NCBI GenBank assembly: GCA_951406725.2
Contig: OX597820.1
Span: forward strand, 115,134,001-115,198,000
Length of the DNA: 64,000 bases
Direction of reading: 5' to 3'
From: Octopus vulgaris
Lineage: Eukaryota
Positions 27,401 through 40,752 of this stretch are shown piece after piece. Below the pieces are notes generated by a model. The model did not search any database. It was given only the letters and a program-made list of their open reading frames with translations, and was not told the origin of the DNA. Position 1 is the first letter of the stretch. Each line of letters starts with the position of its first letter. The position numbers and the translations under genes are program-made.

Positions 27401-28560
27401 CCTATCCTGTTCTGCAGAACACTCTATCTAAATATGATCTGGACGACCCAGTGCGGTTGCTCCATGTCCACATTGGCACATTCGGGTGGTCCAGTCAGTA
27501 CCTATCAGACAGTTGGAAATGTCTGAGCAGGTCTTTGAGGCATTTACATTCCCTCCTATTACTATCTCTGCCCACGTAGTTTAAATATGTGTCCAAGGTA
27601 GTGTTTCAATCTTCCACTAAAAGTAAAGGTCAAGATGTTCCCAGGAGGACCTCTAGGCATTGAAAGAAATCTGGTCGACCTGTTAAGGACGGTGAATAAA
27701 TTGTTATCAGCCAAAAAGCACACCCATTACTGCCATTGACATCCAAGACGACCAGCCTACCCTCCGGGTCTAGGAATATTGCTCTTACTTTGAGGCCCAG
27801 ACTCTTCCGAAGAAGCACTGTGGTACCACCTCCGCCCATTCTCGGCAGACACGGAGAAAAATAAATGTCGAAATGTCCGCCGAACATGTACTGGAGGGCC
27901 TGCGGGTTGTGGAGTCTGGTTTCACTGATGGCTATGATATGCACATTCTGTGACTTGATGTCTTTTAACAGGTAGCTTTGTTTCCAAGGTGACCCCAAGC
28001 CACGTACATTTATACAACCTATTCTGAGCATGTTCCTATCGAAAGTTATTCTTTTCCCCCCTTTTTCTCCTTCCCCCTGTGGCTCCTTGCCAATCCTCTG
28101 TGTTGTCTTCAACTTACGACATGTTGGAGAAATCCGAAAGTTGGGGGGGAGGGTATTGGGGGTCTATTTCTGAGTGTGTTGTTGTTGTTGTTGGTGTTGA
28201 TGCAGGTTGGTGACAGTTGGGATGTGGTGTATGGGTTTTGTGGGGTGGGGGTATGAGTCCTTTTGTTTTTCTCTTCTTCCTTTTGAGTTGTTGTTGTTGT
28301 TGGTGGTGGTGTTGTTGTTTCTCTTCTTGGAGACGCTGATGGTGGTGTCATTTGGTTGGGGCTAGCTTGTTGGTGGCTGAAGTTCCTTCATTTGTTGGTG
28401 GAGCTGTTTTATCAGTTGTGCATATGACGATGTGGGTGGAAGTGCTGGCTTTTTTCTTGGTCTTTGGTTTTCTTGATGTATTTTTGGTTTTCTTGAAATA
28501 TGTCACAAACATATTTTAACCCTTTCATTACTGTATTTATTTTGAGATGCTCTGTGTTTC
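24485..28560 (-). mobile_element. Near full-length degraded L1/Tx1-clade LINE
   Basis: APE endonuclease LRIGCINVRGL...IAISETRL (27630-28112); RT motifs NFRPITLLNADLKILAKVL, SVRQGCPLS and AYADDITV; frameshifted C-terminus; low-complexity ORF1-like tail at 28100-28560. Confidence 0.88.
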
Positions 28561-28574
28561 TTTCAATTACTTTA

Positions 28575-28890
28575 TATGCACATAAAAAGCACCATCCGAA
28601 CATGGCCGTTGCCAGCGCCGCCTTGGCTGGCTTCTGTGCCGGTGGCACGTTAAAAGCTCCATCCGATCATGGCCGATGCCGGACCCCCCTGGCACCTGTG
28701 CAGGTGGCACGTAAAAAGCACCCACTACACTCGCGGAGTGGTTGGCGTTAGGAAGGGCATCCAGCTGTAGAAACTCTGCCAGATCAGACTGGAGCCTGGT
28801 GCAGCTCCTGGCTTCCCAGACTCCGGTTGAACTGTCCAACTCGTGCTAGCGCGGAAAATGGACGTTAAACAATGATGATGATGATGATGA
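28575..28890 (+). mobile_element. RTE LINE 3' end
   Basis: ggttggcgttaggaagggcatccagc followed by (GAT)n. Confidence 0.75.
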
Positions 28891-29221
28891 TAACAAAGAA
28901 TTTAGTAAAATAACTTAGTTATCATTCAGCTAGTGTTAGGAACATAAATTGTGACTAAGGTTTGGTGGAAGATTTTAATTTAACACTTATGAAAACAAGA
29001 CATTTGTACTCAGAGCCAAAGGTGGTTTCAGCTGGGTCGGTAACAAAAGGTTTAACTAACCTAAATTTTGCTAATGCCTAAACACTGCTTGGCACTAACA
29101 TTTCGTTATATATATATTGCTGCAACACACGTCACTGACAGTGCTCCAGCCTGGCCACAGTCTTTCGGCTGAAATGCATAGAAGAATAAAAGAATAACTG
29201 CATACACATGCATATATATAT

Positions 29222-29440
29222 ATTTCTTTACTGCCCACAGGGGGCTAAACATAGAGGGGACAAACAAGGACAGACAAAGGGATTAAGTCAATTACATCGA
29301 CCCCAGTGCGAAACTGGTACTTTATTTATCGACCCCGTAAGGATAAAAGGCAAAGTCGACCTCAGCGGAATTTGAACTCAGAACATAACGACAGACGAAA
29401 TACCTCAAAGCATTTCGCCCGGCGTGCTAACTTGTCTGCC
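29222..29440 (-). mobile_element. tRNA-derived SINE with Meta-like core
   Basis: Reverse-complement homolog of 29715-29922. Confidence 0.75.
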
Positions 29441-29714
29441 AAGGCAAACAGATAGGCAGCAGGTAAATACATAGGAAGGGAAAGAAAGAAAGAAGAAGAA
29501 AGACAGATAAAGCCCACAAAAGGGAAAAGAGTGGCATGATACAGAAAGTATGGTCTGATTTGATCATTCAGTGATTCATTGGGTGGGTTGCTGGCTGACT
29601 GGCTGCCTGCTTCAGCCATGTGTAAAAATGTCAGACAGTGACACACCTACAATCTCTCACATGCCCCATCACGATCACTATTATTAACACTATCACAACT
29701 ATATTACTTCTAAC

Positions 29715-29922
29715 AAGGCGGCGAGCTGGCAGAAACGTTAGCACGCCGGGTGAAATGCGTAGCCGTATTTCGTCTGCCGCTACGTTCTGAGTTCAAATTC
29801 CACCAAGGTCGACTTTGCCTTTCATCCTTTCGGGGTCGATAAATTAAGTACCAGTTACGCACTGGTGTTGATATAATCGACTTAATCCATTTGTTTGTCC
29901 CCTCTATGTTTAGCCCCTTGTG
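29715..29922 (+). mobile_element. tRNA-derived SINE with Meta-like core
   Basis: Box A gagctggcagaaacg, box B gagttcaaattcc, core gcctttcatcctttcggggtcgataaattaagtacc, tail ttgtcccctctatgtttagcccc. Confidence 0.8.
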
Positions 29923-30140
29923 CTAAATTTTAATGGAGTGGATTTGGTAGACAGAAGCTGAAAGAAGCCAATTATATATATCATCCTCATCATCATCATC
30001 ATCGTTTAACATCTGCTTTCCATGCTAGCATGGGTTGGATGGCTCGACTGGGGTCTGGGAAGCCAGGAGGCTGCACCAGGCCCAGTCTGATCTGGCAGTG
30101 TTTCTACAGCTGGAACCCTTCCTAACGCCAACCACTCCGA

Positions 30141-30510
30141 AATAGGTATTTCCTCTATCTTTACGTTCTGAGTTCAAATTCCGCCAAGGTCGACTTTGCC
30201 TTTCATCCTTTAAGGGTCGATAAATTAAGTACCAGTTTCGCACTGGGGTCGATGTAATCGACTTAATCCGTGTGTCTGTCCTTGTTTGTCCCCTCTGTGT
30301 TTTGCCCCTTGTGGGTAGTACAGAAATAGGTATTTCGTCTGTCTTTACATTCTGAGTTCAAATTCCGCCGAGGTCGACTTTGCCTTTCATCCTTTCGGGG
30401 TCGATAAATCAAGTACCAGTTACGCACTGGAGTCGATATAATCGACTTAATCCGTTTGTCTGTCCTTGTTTATCCCCTCTGTGTTTAGCTCCTTGGGGGT
30501 AGTAAAGAAA
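30141..30510 (+). repeat. Head-to-tail dimer of a 5'-truncated Meta-like SINE (~185-bp unit)
   Basis: Units begin aataggtatttc at 30141 and 30325; directly fused to an antisense RTE 3' end (29985-30140). Confidence 0.75.
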
Positions 30511-30914
30511 TATATATTACTTCTAACACTATGTTTCCACATCATCAATGCCCCTATCACCATGAGAGAGAGACAAGGCAGTGTCTACATCAGTGGTTCT
30601 CAGTCAGGGTCCAATATGGCCCCTGGGGATCCCTATAAGATTTTATTGTTAAAGTTTAGGTGCAATAAATTGGTTATACTTCTATTCCTTTTTTCCTTTA
30701 TTCTTTTTCCTTGTTTTGATCATTTAACTACAGCCATACTGGAGCACTGTCTCAAGGAGTTTTAGTTGAATAAATCAACCCCAGGATTTGTTTTTAAGCC
30801 TAGTACTTATTCTGTCAGTCTTTTTTGCCATATTGCTAAGTTACGGGGATGTAAACACACCAACACTGATTGTCAGGCAGTGGGTGCGACAAACCCAAAC
30901 CCCAAAACACACAC

Positions 30915-31463
30915 ATAGAATGACTAGTGACCGAGACCTTTGGAAATATGCTGTGCATGCGAAGACCCGGCAGGACAAGTGAGACCATAACCCGTGGCCT
31001 TTACCTGGGATGTAGCCTGTCCACTTATGCATACCTTTCCTTCTTGGGACACAAAACTCTGCTTGCGAAGACCTGTTGAGGCAAGTGAAATCGAAATCGA
31101 TCAAAAATCAATGGAAATTGTAGTTGTGATACCAGTGCCAGTGGCATGTAAAAGAACCATCCAAACATGGCCATTGCCAGCGCCGCCTCGACTGGCCTCC
31201 GTGTCAGTGGCACGTAAAAAGCACCAACCGATCGTGGCCGTTGCCAGCCTTGCCTGGCACCTGTGCCAGTGACACGTAAAAAGCACCCACTACACTCTTG
31301 GAGTGGTTGGCGTTAGGAAGGGCATCCATCTGTAGAAACACTGCCAGATCAGACTGGGCCTGGTGCAGCCTCCTGGCTTCCCAGACCCCAGTTGAGCCGT
31401 CCAACCCATGCTAGCATGGAAAGCGGACGTTAAACGAGGATAATGATGATGATGATGATGATG
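30915..31463 (+). mobile_element. RTE LINE 3' fragment
   Basis: DRDLWKYAVHAKTRQ peptide, repeat-containing UTR, GAT tail. Confidence 0.75.
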
Positions 31464-32402
31464 ATATATATGATTGGCTTCTTTCAGCTTCTGTCTACCA
31501 AATCCACTCCATTAAAATTTCATATTAATTCAAGTTTCAAACACTAACATAATAATGACTAAGTTATTTTCATAAATTCTTCATTGTTTTAAAAATTAAT
31601 TGAAACAAAGACAGTGTATTTTCTGAGAAATATGATACCAAAAAAATGGTTAAGCATAGATTTGCTTGAGGAAATGACTTGGGTTGATCCAATGTTTTTT
31701 ATAGGTGGTTGGGAGAATGAGGAGTAAAAGGAGAGAGTGGGGGAGAATTTCCCATGTTTCATAAAATCAAGTTTAAAACTGCATTTCTGATGAATTTTCA
31801 TCATTGGACCCGCATTTCAGCCATGGCCATCCCATCTTTCTCTTTGGCATATATCCAGACCTTGTTTATCCAATACAGTAATCTCTCGACTATCGCGAGT
31901 GTTCTGTTCCCCCACCCCACCCCACCCGCAGTAGGTGAAAATCCACGAAGAAGAAACAGTACTGTATATTTTTTTAATTATTTTTATAATTTGTATATAT
32001 TTATTTTATTATAAATGCAAATCAACACCACGGAGAAATCGACGTAAACTTAAATAATAAACCACAATAGATGAACTGTGATATGGCAAGGGATTACTGT
32101 ATATCCCTCCATTTTAAAATTGTTTGGGTTAATTTGAAGCAGATTTGGCTGCTATTTCTGCCTTTAGTTTGTGTACAAATAAAGTTTGTATTTTTGCTGG
32201 CAAAATATGAAAAGATGTCAACTTTTTCAACCAAATATGGTAAGATTTTTAATGAAAAACACACACAAAAAAAGAAAAGACAGTAAAAACATCAATACGA
32301 TCCAGTCATCTATTTATTTCATGAACACAGATGTTTATTAAAATCAATGAAAAAGTATTAAGATCGATGCAGTTAACTACATTTCTTCAAAGCAGCATCA
32401 GC

Positions 32403-32481
32403 CACATGACTGTAGTCACATGATTGTAGTCACATGACTGCAGTCTCATGACTGTAGTCACATGACTGCAGTCTCATGACT
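32403..32481. repeat. 14-bp minisatellite (cacatgactgtagt) x ~5.5
   Basis: Direct inspection; units are quasi-palindromic. Confidence 0.85.
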
Positions 32482-32558
32482 AATACCATTAAAATGAAGC
32501 AACCAACAGTGTATAGGTTTCCTTCTTCTGCAACAACAGGCTAAATAATATTGCTGTG

Positions 32559-32865
32559 TGGAGTAACATGACCTGGTGGTTAGAGCAGCGGACTCGTGGT
32601 CGAGGGATCACGGGTTCGAATCTCAGACCGGGCGATGTGTGTGTTTATGAGCGAAACATCTAAGCTCCACGCGGCTCCGGCGGAAGGTAATGGCGAAACA
32701 TCTGCTGATTCTTTCACCACAACTTTCTCTCACTCTTTCCTCCTGCATCTTGCAGCTCACCTGTGTCAGACCGGCGTCCCGTCCAGGTGGGGAACCTATA
32801 CGCCAAGAAACCGGGAAACCGGCCCTTATGAGCCAAGCATGGCTCGAAAAGGAACAAACAAACAA
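32559..32865 (+). mobile_element. tRNA-derived SINE, tail type C
   Basis: Related head; tail contains ggcgtcccgtccagg and ends in (ACAA)n. Confidence 0.75.
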
Positions 32866-33502
32866 ATAATATTTCTAATCAATCAATGATCAGTTGAACC
32901 GTCCAACCCATGCCAGCATGGAAAGCGGACGTTAAACGATGATGATGATGATGATCTTATAAGATGAAAGTCAGTAAACTTTATTTGCCCATTAATCTTG
33001 TTAGTCGCAATCCATTGTAACATGTTATCCATTCTATCTAAACTGTGAGTGTGATATTTAAATTCAAGTTTCTTTACTACACAGCTGACAATGTGAGGTT
33101 ATTAATGCTTTCGGATTCTTTTAAGTTGCTTTTATTGTTTAGCTCAAAATTGACACTGACTGAGCTATCTTAAGATCAAAAGCATCCCCGACATGACCAT
33201 CCCATTTTCTCATATGTGCAGGAAACGTAGGATTACATTACATAAATTACTTCCCTCATTGCTGCATTACTAACTAGTATGTTAATGTATTAGCTTACTG
33301 GTGCACCAGTTTTTACTGGTTATTCAGCTAAACAAAAACCTGAATAGCCAAGTGAGACCATATCAACTCTGTCCGCCCCATTCTTAATGTCACCTGTTTT
33401 CTGTCAGCAGGATAAGGCATCAGAAGGATTGGTGACTATTCTTTTTAGGACAAACTCCTGCTAAGGAGTAGTAGTGGTGTCCTAATATGGTAATCAATAT
33501 AT

Positions 33503-33735
33503 GTTTCTTTATTACCCACAAGGGGCTAAACACAGAGGGGACAAACAAGGACAGACAAACGAATTAAGTCGATTACATTGACCCCAGTGTGTAACTGGTA
33601 CTTAATTTTATTGACCCCTAAAGGATGAAAGGCAAAGTCAACCTCAGCGGAATTTGAACTCAGAATGTAACAGCAGATAAAATACGGCTACGCATTTTGC
33701 CTGGCATGCTATCGGTTCTGCCAGCTTGCCGCCTT
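33503..33735 (-). mobile_element. tRNA-derived SINE with Meta-like core
   Basis: Homolog of 29715; another copy at ~53990-54210. Confidence 0.75.
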
Positions 33736-33954
33736 CTAATAGGGTAATCGATATACTTCGTTTAAAAAGCAACTAAATAGGTAACAACAATGATCCGTGT
33801 TGCACAAAGCACCTTTCTAAAATAATGAAAAGGCCAAAAATGTCCCAACATCACTCTGTAAGACCTTTGACAGCTCAGTTCAGAACCTCAATCTTGTCTA
33901 GAATATTAATCTACCAATATCCTAGTGAGGCAGTAAGCAATGAATTTAGTATGC

Positions 33955-34460
33955 AGGCACCCCAGGAGGTCTTCACCCATGTGAAGTTATATGTTTGGTG
34001 GGATATGGTAGGTTTAGTCCACTTTGAACTTTTAAACCCAAGCCAAATGATAACAAAGGAGATCTACTGCAAGCAGCTTGAGTGGCTTAAGTCAGCGCTA
34101 GAAGGAAAACAACCATCTTTGGTTTCAAGATAAAAGGTGTTCTTCCATTAGGATAATGCTCGGTCACATACAGTAAGGATGACATTCCAAAGGCTGGAGC
34201 AGTTTGAATGAGAAACCATATTCGCTGGACATTGCCCAATCTGATTATAATTTATTCTGCAGTCTTCAAAATCATTTGGACGGAAAAAATATGAATTCTG
34301 TAGATGAGGTCATAACAGTACTGGAGGAGTATTTTACGTGATGGATAAGTGAATTTTGGGAGAGGGGACTTACAGGTCAACCAGATAGATGGAAGAGCGT
34401 TGTAGAAAATGTAAGAGAATATATTTTAGATTAAAAAACGCATTATTTATGGGATGACCC
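33955..34460 (+). mobile_element. 3' half of a mariner element, same family as 44063-45280
   Basis: VWWDMVGLVHFELLNP, DIAQSDYNLF and right TIR cattatttatgggatgaccc. Confidence 0.8.
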
Positions 34461-34504
34461 TACACACACATCCACAGACACACACACACACATATGGTGC
34501 AGCA

Positions 34505-36195
34505 GAGAAGATAGCTTTCATGTGCAGCAGATGCACAGGGGCAATAAACACCACAAATACTCAGAAAACAGATTCCATCACACTCCAGGGGAGAAACTAG
34601 AAGTAGTTGATAGCTTCTGTTACCTAGGTGACCAAGTTAGTAGTGGGGGTGGATGCTCAGAGAGTGTAACCACTAGAATACGAATAGCCTGGGCAAAGTT
34701 TAGAAAGCTTCTACACCTACTGGTGACAAAGGGTCTCTCACTCAGAGTGAAAGGTAGATTGTACAACGCATGTGTGCGAACTACCAAGTTTCACGGTAGT
34801 GAAACATTGGCTGTGACTGTGGATGACATGTGTAGGCTTGAAAGAAATGGAGCTAGTATGATCTACTGGATGTGTAATGTCAGGTGTAAGCGCCCTGAGA
34901 GGACGCTTTGACCAGAAGAATGGCAAGCCAGTAGACTGCACCAGGCTCCAATCTGATCTGGCAATGTTTCTACAGCTGGATGCCCTTCCTAATGCCAACC
35001 ACTCCGAGAGTGTAGTGGGTACTTTTTATGTGCCACTGGCACAGGAGCCAGGCAGGGGTGGAGGGACTGGCATGGACCATGTTTGGATGGCACTGGCACG
35101 GGGAGCTAGTCATGTAGCACTGGAATTGGCCACAACTACAATTTCCATTTTGATTTCGATCTTGAGTTGCTTTTGATTTTTGATTTTTGACTTTACTTGA
35201 CACAATAGGTTTTCTCAAGTGAAGTGTATCATCCGGTAATTCAAGAGTATTTTAAAAATGGGCTGGTATAGGGTATCATCACTATACTTGCCAGGTCTTC
35301 TCAATTACAGAATATTTCCAGTGATCTCGGTCTCTTGTCATTGCCTCTGTGAGGCCCAACGTTAGAAGGTCGTGCTTCACCACCTCAACCCATGTACGGT
35401 TTGACTGGGGTCTGGGATCCCATGAGGCTGCACCAGGCTCCGATCTGATCTGGCAGTGTTTCTACAGCTGGATACCCTTCCTAATGCCAACCACTCTGTG
35501 AGTGTAGTGGGTGCTTTTTACGTGCCACCGGCCCAGGGGCCTGAGGAAGTGGCTTGCATTGTCCACTATCGGTTGGTGCTTTTTACATGCCACACAGTCA
35601 AGGTGACGCTGACATAGGCCATGTTCGGATACTGCTTTTTACGTGCCACCAATATCACAGCTACAGTTTCCATTTGATTTTTATTTTGATGTTGGTGTAC
35701 TTGACTCAATAGGTCTCCTCAAGCCCAGCAGGTCGCCCTACGATCCAAGGTAAGCACAGCAGGCCATCCTGCGAACCATGAACTCACTTCATTTGTCGGG
35801 TCTTCACAGGCACAGCATATCTCCAGAGGTCTCGGTCTTTTGCCACTGCCTCTGTGAGGCCCAACGTTCGATGGTCATGCTTGACCACCTCATCCCATGT
35901 CTTCCTGGGTCTCCCTCTACCCCAGATTCTTTCAACTGTTTGGGAGTGGCACTTCTTCACCCATCTCTCCTCATCCATCCGTAGTACATGACCATACCAG
36001 TGCAGACATCTCTCTTGCACACCACATCTGATGCTTCTTATGTCCAACATTTCTCTCAGGGCACTTACACTCTGTCGTGTGTGCACACTGACATTACACA
36101 TCCAGAAGATCATGCTAGCTTCATTTCTTTCGAGCCTACACATGTCCTCCGCAGTCACTGCCCATGTTTCACTGCTGTGAAGCATGGCAGTTCGC
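34505..36195. mobile_element. Cluster of RTE fragments in both orientations
   Basis: On +, 34505-34885 (IAFMCSRC, LEVVDSFCYLG); on -, UTR/RT fragments at 34930-35395 and 35400-36195 ([17 protein letters not shown]). Confidence 0.8.
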
Positions 36196-36332
36196 AGCTT
36201 GCTTACGAACCACATGGTTCCGGGTTCAGTCCCACTGTGTGGCACCTTGGGCAAGTGTCCTCTACTATAGCCTCGGGCCGACCAAAGCCTTGTGAGTAGA
36301 TTTTTTTAGATAGAAACTGAAAGAAGCCTGTC

Positions 36333-36377
<45 letters not shown>

Positions 36378-36390
36378 ATTATATAGAAGG

Positions 36391-36441
36391 AGCTTCTACA
36401 GGACTAGTACTGTTTCATTCAAGAGAAATCTTCAGGAAGCT
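36391..36441 (-). ncRNA. Minimal type I hammerhead ribozyme motif
   Basis: Exact reverse complement of 38768-38818. Confidence 0.72.
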
Positions 36442-36817
36442 ATTTAACAAGAATTGTATTAGCATTTATACATTTAGGCAGGTTTAACGGAGTGGTGGTG
36501 GGGGACTTTTTGGGGGTAGACATAGCGCAAAATATCATACTTGGGGGAGTGGTCAAGGAGTCAGTGGTAAGTTAGATGAAAGAATAGATAAATAAAAAAA
36601 TAAAAAAATAAAAAATAAAAAAATAAAATAAAAAAATAAAAAAATAAAAAATATAAAAAATATATATAAAAAAATATATATATAAAATATATATATAAAA
36701 AAATATATATATAAAAAAAGGGGGGATAGAGTTATAGGTAAATAAGGAGATTCTCACTTATACCTATACACACATGTATACGTATCTACACACACATACA
36801 TACATACACATATATAT

Positions 36818-36864
<47 letters not shown>

Positions 36865-37313
36865 CCTACACATACACACATACATACATACAAATATACA
36901 TATACATATATATATATACAATCCAATACAGGCCCATTCCCTAATTTTAATTTTATTATCTTCATTTATTACTTTTGTTATCTTTGATCGCTAGGGCTAA
37001 GAATCCTGGCAATGGCTGCATGTCCATTTGTCTGTCTACTAGAAGGCAAGTACTCATTCCCGCACGCACACTCATTAGCACGTACATTCACCCATTCGTA
37101 CACTCATACACATACACGTACGCACGCGTTATATTCATACATACAAACATCTACATACGTTCACGTATATACACATACGTACTCGTACCTACAGATTCGT
37201 GTCTACACTTTAGGAGGCTAGTCTATACATATACACCAATAAATATACATATATATATATATACCCGCATATACATACACACACACACATATATACTCCT
37301 ACATACAGATACA

Positions 37314-37358
<45 letters not shown>

Positions 37359-37850
37359 CATACACATACACACATACATATACACACACATACATACACA
37401 TATATATACATACACAAACATATATACACACACATATATATACATACACACATACACACATACATACGTATACATACATACATACATCCATACATCCATA
37501 CTTACATGCATTTATACGCATACACACACCCATCTATATATATGTATATATATATATATATATATATACACACTCACACATACATATACAAATCTACGCA
37601 CACACATACATACATACACGTATACGCATACACGCACATACACATATACATGCGTACCCATACACGTGCACACACGCACGCGCATCCATATATATACACA
37701 CACACACATATATATACACGTGTGCAAGCATACATACATACTCATACGCGCACACATACTTACAAATACATATATGCACACACTTACACACATATATATA
37801 CATACACATATACATGCATACATACATATATGCATACATACACACACGCA

Positions 37851-37892
<42 letters not shown>

Positions 37893-37962
37893 TATATACA
37901 TATATAGACATATATACACATACATACACATACACATACATACACACATATACACATATATC

Positions 37963-37994
<32 letters not shown>

Positions 37995-38187
37995 TACATA
38001 TATACACATATACATACATGTACATACACACACACATACATATATACATATACACTGATACACATACCCATACATACACATGCATATACTTATATCACTA
38101 CATACTCACATATATAAACATATATACATATACACACATACATATATACATGTACATACACATACGTATGTATATATATATATATAC

Positions 38188-38236
<49 letters not shown>

Positions 38237-38494
38237 TACATATACACATATACATGTATACATACGCAAAAATGATACACATATATACACATACACACAC
38301 ACAGACAGATGCATATACATACATATATATATATAAACTACATATCTATATAAATACATACATAATACACATATACACACACATATATATACATTCATGC
38401 ATATACATATACAAGTATACATACACATACATACACACACACGCGCACACATACATATACACACACACATATACAAATACATACATACACACAT

Positions 38495-38525
<31 letters not shown>

Positions 38526-38767
38526 CATATACATACATGTACACATATATATTTTTTATATTTTTTTTTTTTTATTTTTTTATTTTATTCTTTTATTTTT
38601 TATTTTTTTATTTTTTTATTTATCTATTCTTTCATCTAACTTACCACTGACTCCTTGACCACTCCCCAAGTATGATATTTTGCGCTATGCCTACCCCCAA
38701 AAGTCCCCCACCACCACTCCTTTAAACCTGCCTAAATGTATAAATGCTAATACAATTCTTGTTAAAT

Positions 38768-38818
38768 AGCTTCCTGAAGATTTCTCTTGAATGAAACAGT
38801 ACTAGTCCTGTAGAAGCT
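38768..38818 (+). ncRNA. Minimal type I hammerhead ribozyme motif
   Basis: AGCTTC-CTGAAGA-tTTC-tctt-GAAt-GAAA-CAG-tactagtc-CTG-TA^GAAGCT: 6-bp stem I, intact core, weak stem II, near-palindromic stem/loop III, GUA cleavage triplet. Confidence 0.72.
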
Positions 38819-38901
38819 CCTTCTATATAATAAATTAAGTTTACTCTGCTATGTATTGAGTACCTTACTTACTGTGGTTAACCCCGAATCAACCCGGGAC
38901 C

Positions 38902-38944
<43 letters not shown>

Positions 38945-39866
38945 GTGTGTGTGTATATGTTCGTGTGTCTGTGTTCATGCTCCCCCCCCCCCCCCCAGCA
39001 TCGCTTGACAACCAATGCTGGTGTGTTTACGTCCCCCGTAACATAGCGGTTCAGCAAAAGAGACTGATAGAATAAGTACTAGGCTTACAAAGAATAAGTC
39101 CTGGGGTCGATTTGCTTGACTAGAGGCAGTGCTCCAGCATGACCACAATCAAATGGCTGAAAGAAGTAAAAGAGTGAAAAAAGAGTAAAAGAGTATACTT
39201 ATATATATATATATATATATATATGGAGGCGCAATGGCCTAGCGGTTAGGGCAGCGGACTTGCGGTCAGAGGATCGCGGTTTCGATTCCCAGACCGGGCG
39301 TTGTGTGTGTTTATTGAGCGAAAAAAACACCTAAAAGCTCCACGAGGCTCCGGCAGGAGGTGGTGATCCCTGCTGTACTCTTTCACCACTCTAAAAGGCG
39401 GTGCTCCAGCATGGCCGCAGTCAAATGACTGAAACAAGTACAAAAAAAAAAAAAAAAAAAATATATATTGGCGTTAGGAAGGGCATCCAGCCGTAGAAAC
39501 ACTGCCAGATCTGACTGGGCCTGATGAAGCCTTCCAGCTTCACAGACCCCAGTTGAACTGTCCAACCCATGCTAGCATGGAAAACGGACGCTAAATGATG
39601 ATGATGATGATGATATCAGGGTTGTACTGCCTGGACAGGCAAGGTAGGCAGTGTCTAACCTGAATAAGATAGATCAAAAAGTATCATTTTCCTTTTATGG
39701 CAAAATATGCACCTAATTCAATAAAATTAGGTTACTCTGATTACTGTGCATAAAATGCAAAATGTGTAATTTTTTTTGTAGATTAGGTAGGCATAATTTG
39801 CCCCTGTTTTTCAATCTCAGTATTAAAGCTATGCATAGTGCTGCTGTAGTACATGTGCTGCATATA

Positions 39867-40245
39867 GGAGCACTCCGTCGGTTGCGACGATGAGGGTCCC
39901 AGCTGATACGATCAACGGAATAGCTTGCTCGTGATATTAACATGCAAGTGGCTGAGCACTCCACAGACACGTGTACCCTTAACGTAGTTCTCGGGGAGAA
40001 TCAGCGTGATACAGAGTGTGACAAGGCTGGCCCTTTGAAATACAGGTACAACAGAAACAGGAAGAAAGAGCGAGAGAAAATTGTGGTGAAAGAGTACAGC
40101 AGGGTTCACCACCACCCCCTGCCGGAGCCTCGTGGGGCTTTAGGTGTTTTCGCTCAATAAACACTCACAATGCCCGGTCTGGGAATCGAAACCGCGATCC
40201 TCCGACCACGAGTCTGCTGCCCTAACCACTTGGCCATTGCACCTC
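39867..40245 (-). mobile_element. tRNA-derived SINE, tail type D, with 15-bp TSD
   Basis: TSD catgtgctgcatata at 39852-39866 and 40246-40260; head shared with 6248. Confidence 0.85.
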
Positions 40246-40583
40246 CATGTGCTGCATATATTTCTATAAACAATGCTTTCAACTTAGTTCTGTGCCTGTG
40301 TTTTGTTTATTTTTTTGTGCATTACTACATAAATGTCATCGACTGCCTACCTTGAATAATTACTAACAGCACATGCCTGATATATGTTATAATGGGGGCC
40401 AGTTTATGGGGTTGGCCTGGGTTTCTTGCTCCTAAGGGGTTTAGCCTTATGGTGTATCTTCAGGCCCCAAACACTGCTGGAGGCTTGCAGTCTATCCCAT
40501 AAACTGGCCTCCATTATAATATTCACTGCTCTACATCTTAGGGTGTGCTTTCCACTGGATTTATGTATTTCTACAAATGATAT

Positions 40584-40752
40584 ACAGGGGTTGGACAAAA
40601 TAATGGAAACACCTTAAAATTTCAAACAAATTTATTTTAATATGGGGCAGGACCACCTTTGGCAGTAATTACAGCTTGAATTCTACGAGGTATGGACTGG
40701 TACAAAGTTTGAATTGTTTCCAAAGGAATGTTTGTCCATTCTTCAGCTAAAA
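40584..40752 (-). mobile_element. Terminal fragment of a Tc1-like element
   Basis: TA-CAGGGGTTGGACAAAATAATGGAAAC terminus; the minus strand encodes a Tc1-like C-terminus (IPRRIQAVITAKGGP). Confidence 0.65.

Larger units (their letters stand above)
36375..38903. mobile_element. Non-coding fold-back element with hammerhead-bearing inverted arms (non-autonomous PLE or retrozyme-like)
   Basis: 36376-~36650 is the reverse complement of ~38550-38834, with about 4 differences in the ~230-bp complex part; interior mostly (AC)/(AT) microsatellite; unpaired ~70-bp extension at 38835-38903; (TA)n on both flanks. Confidence 0.75.
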
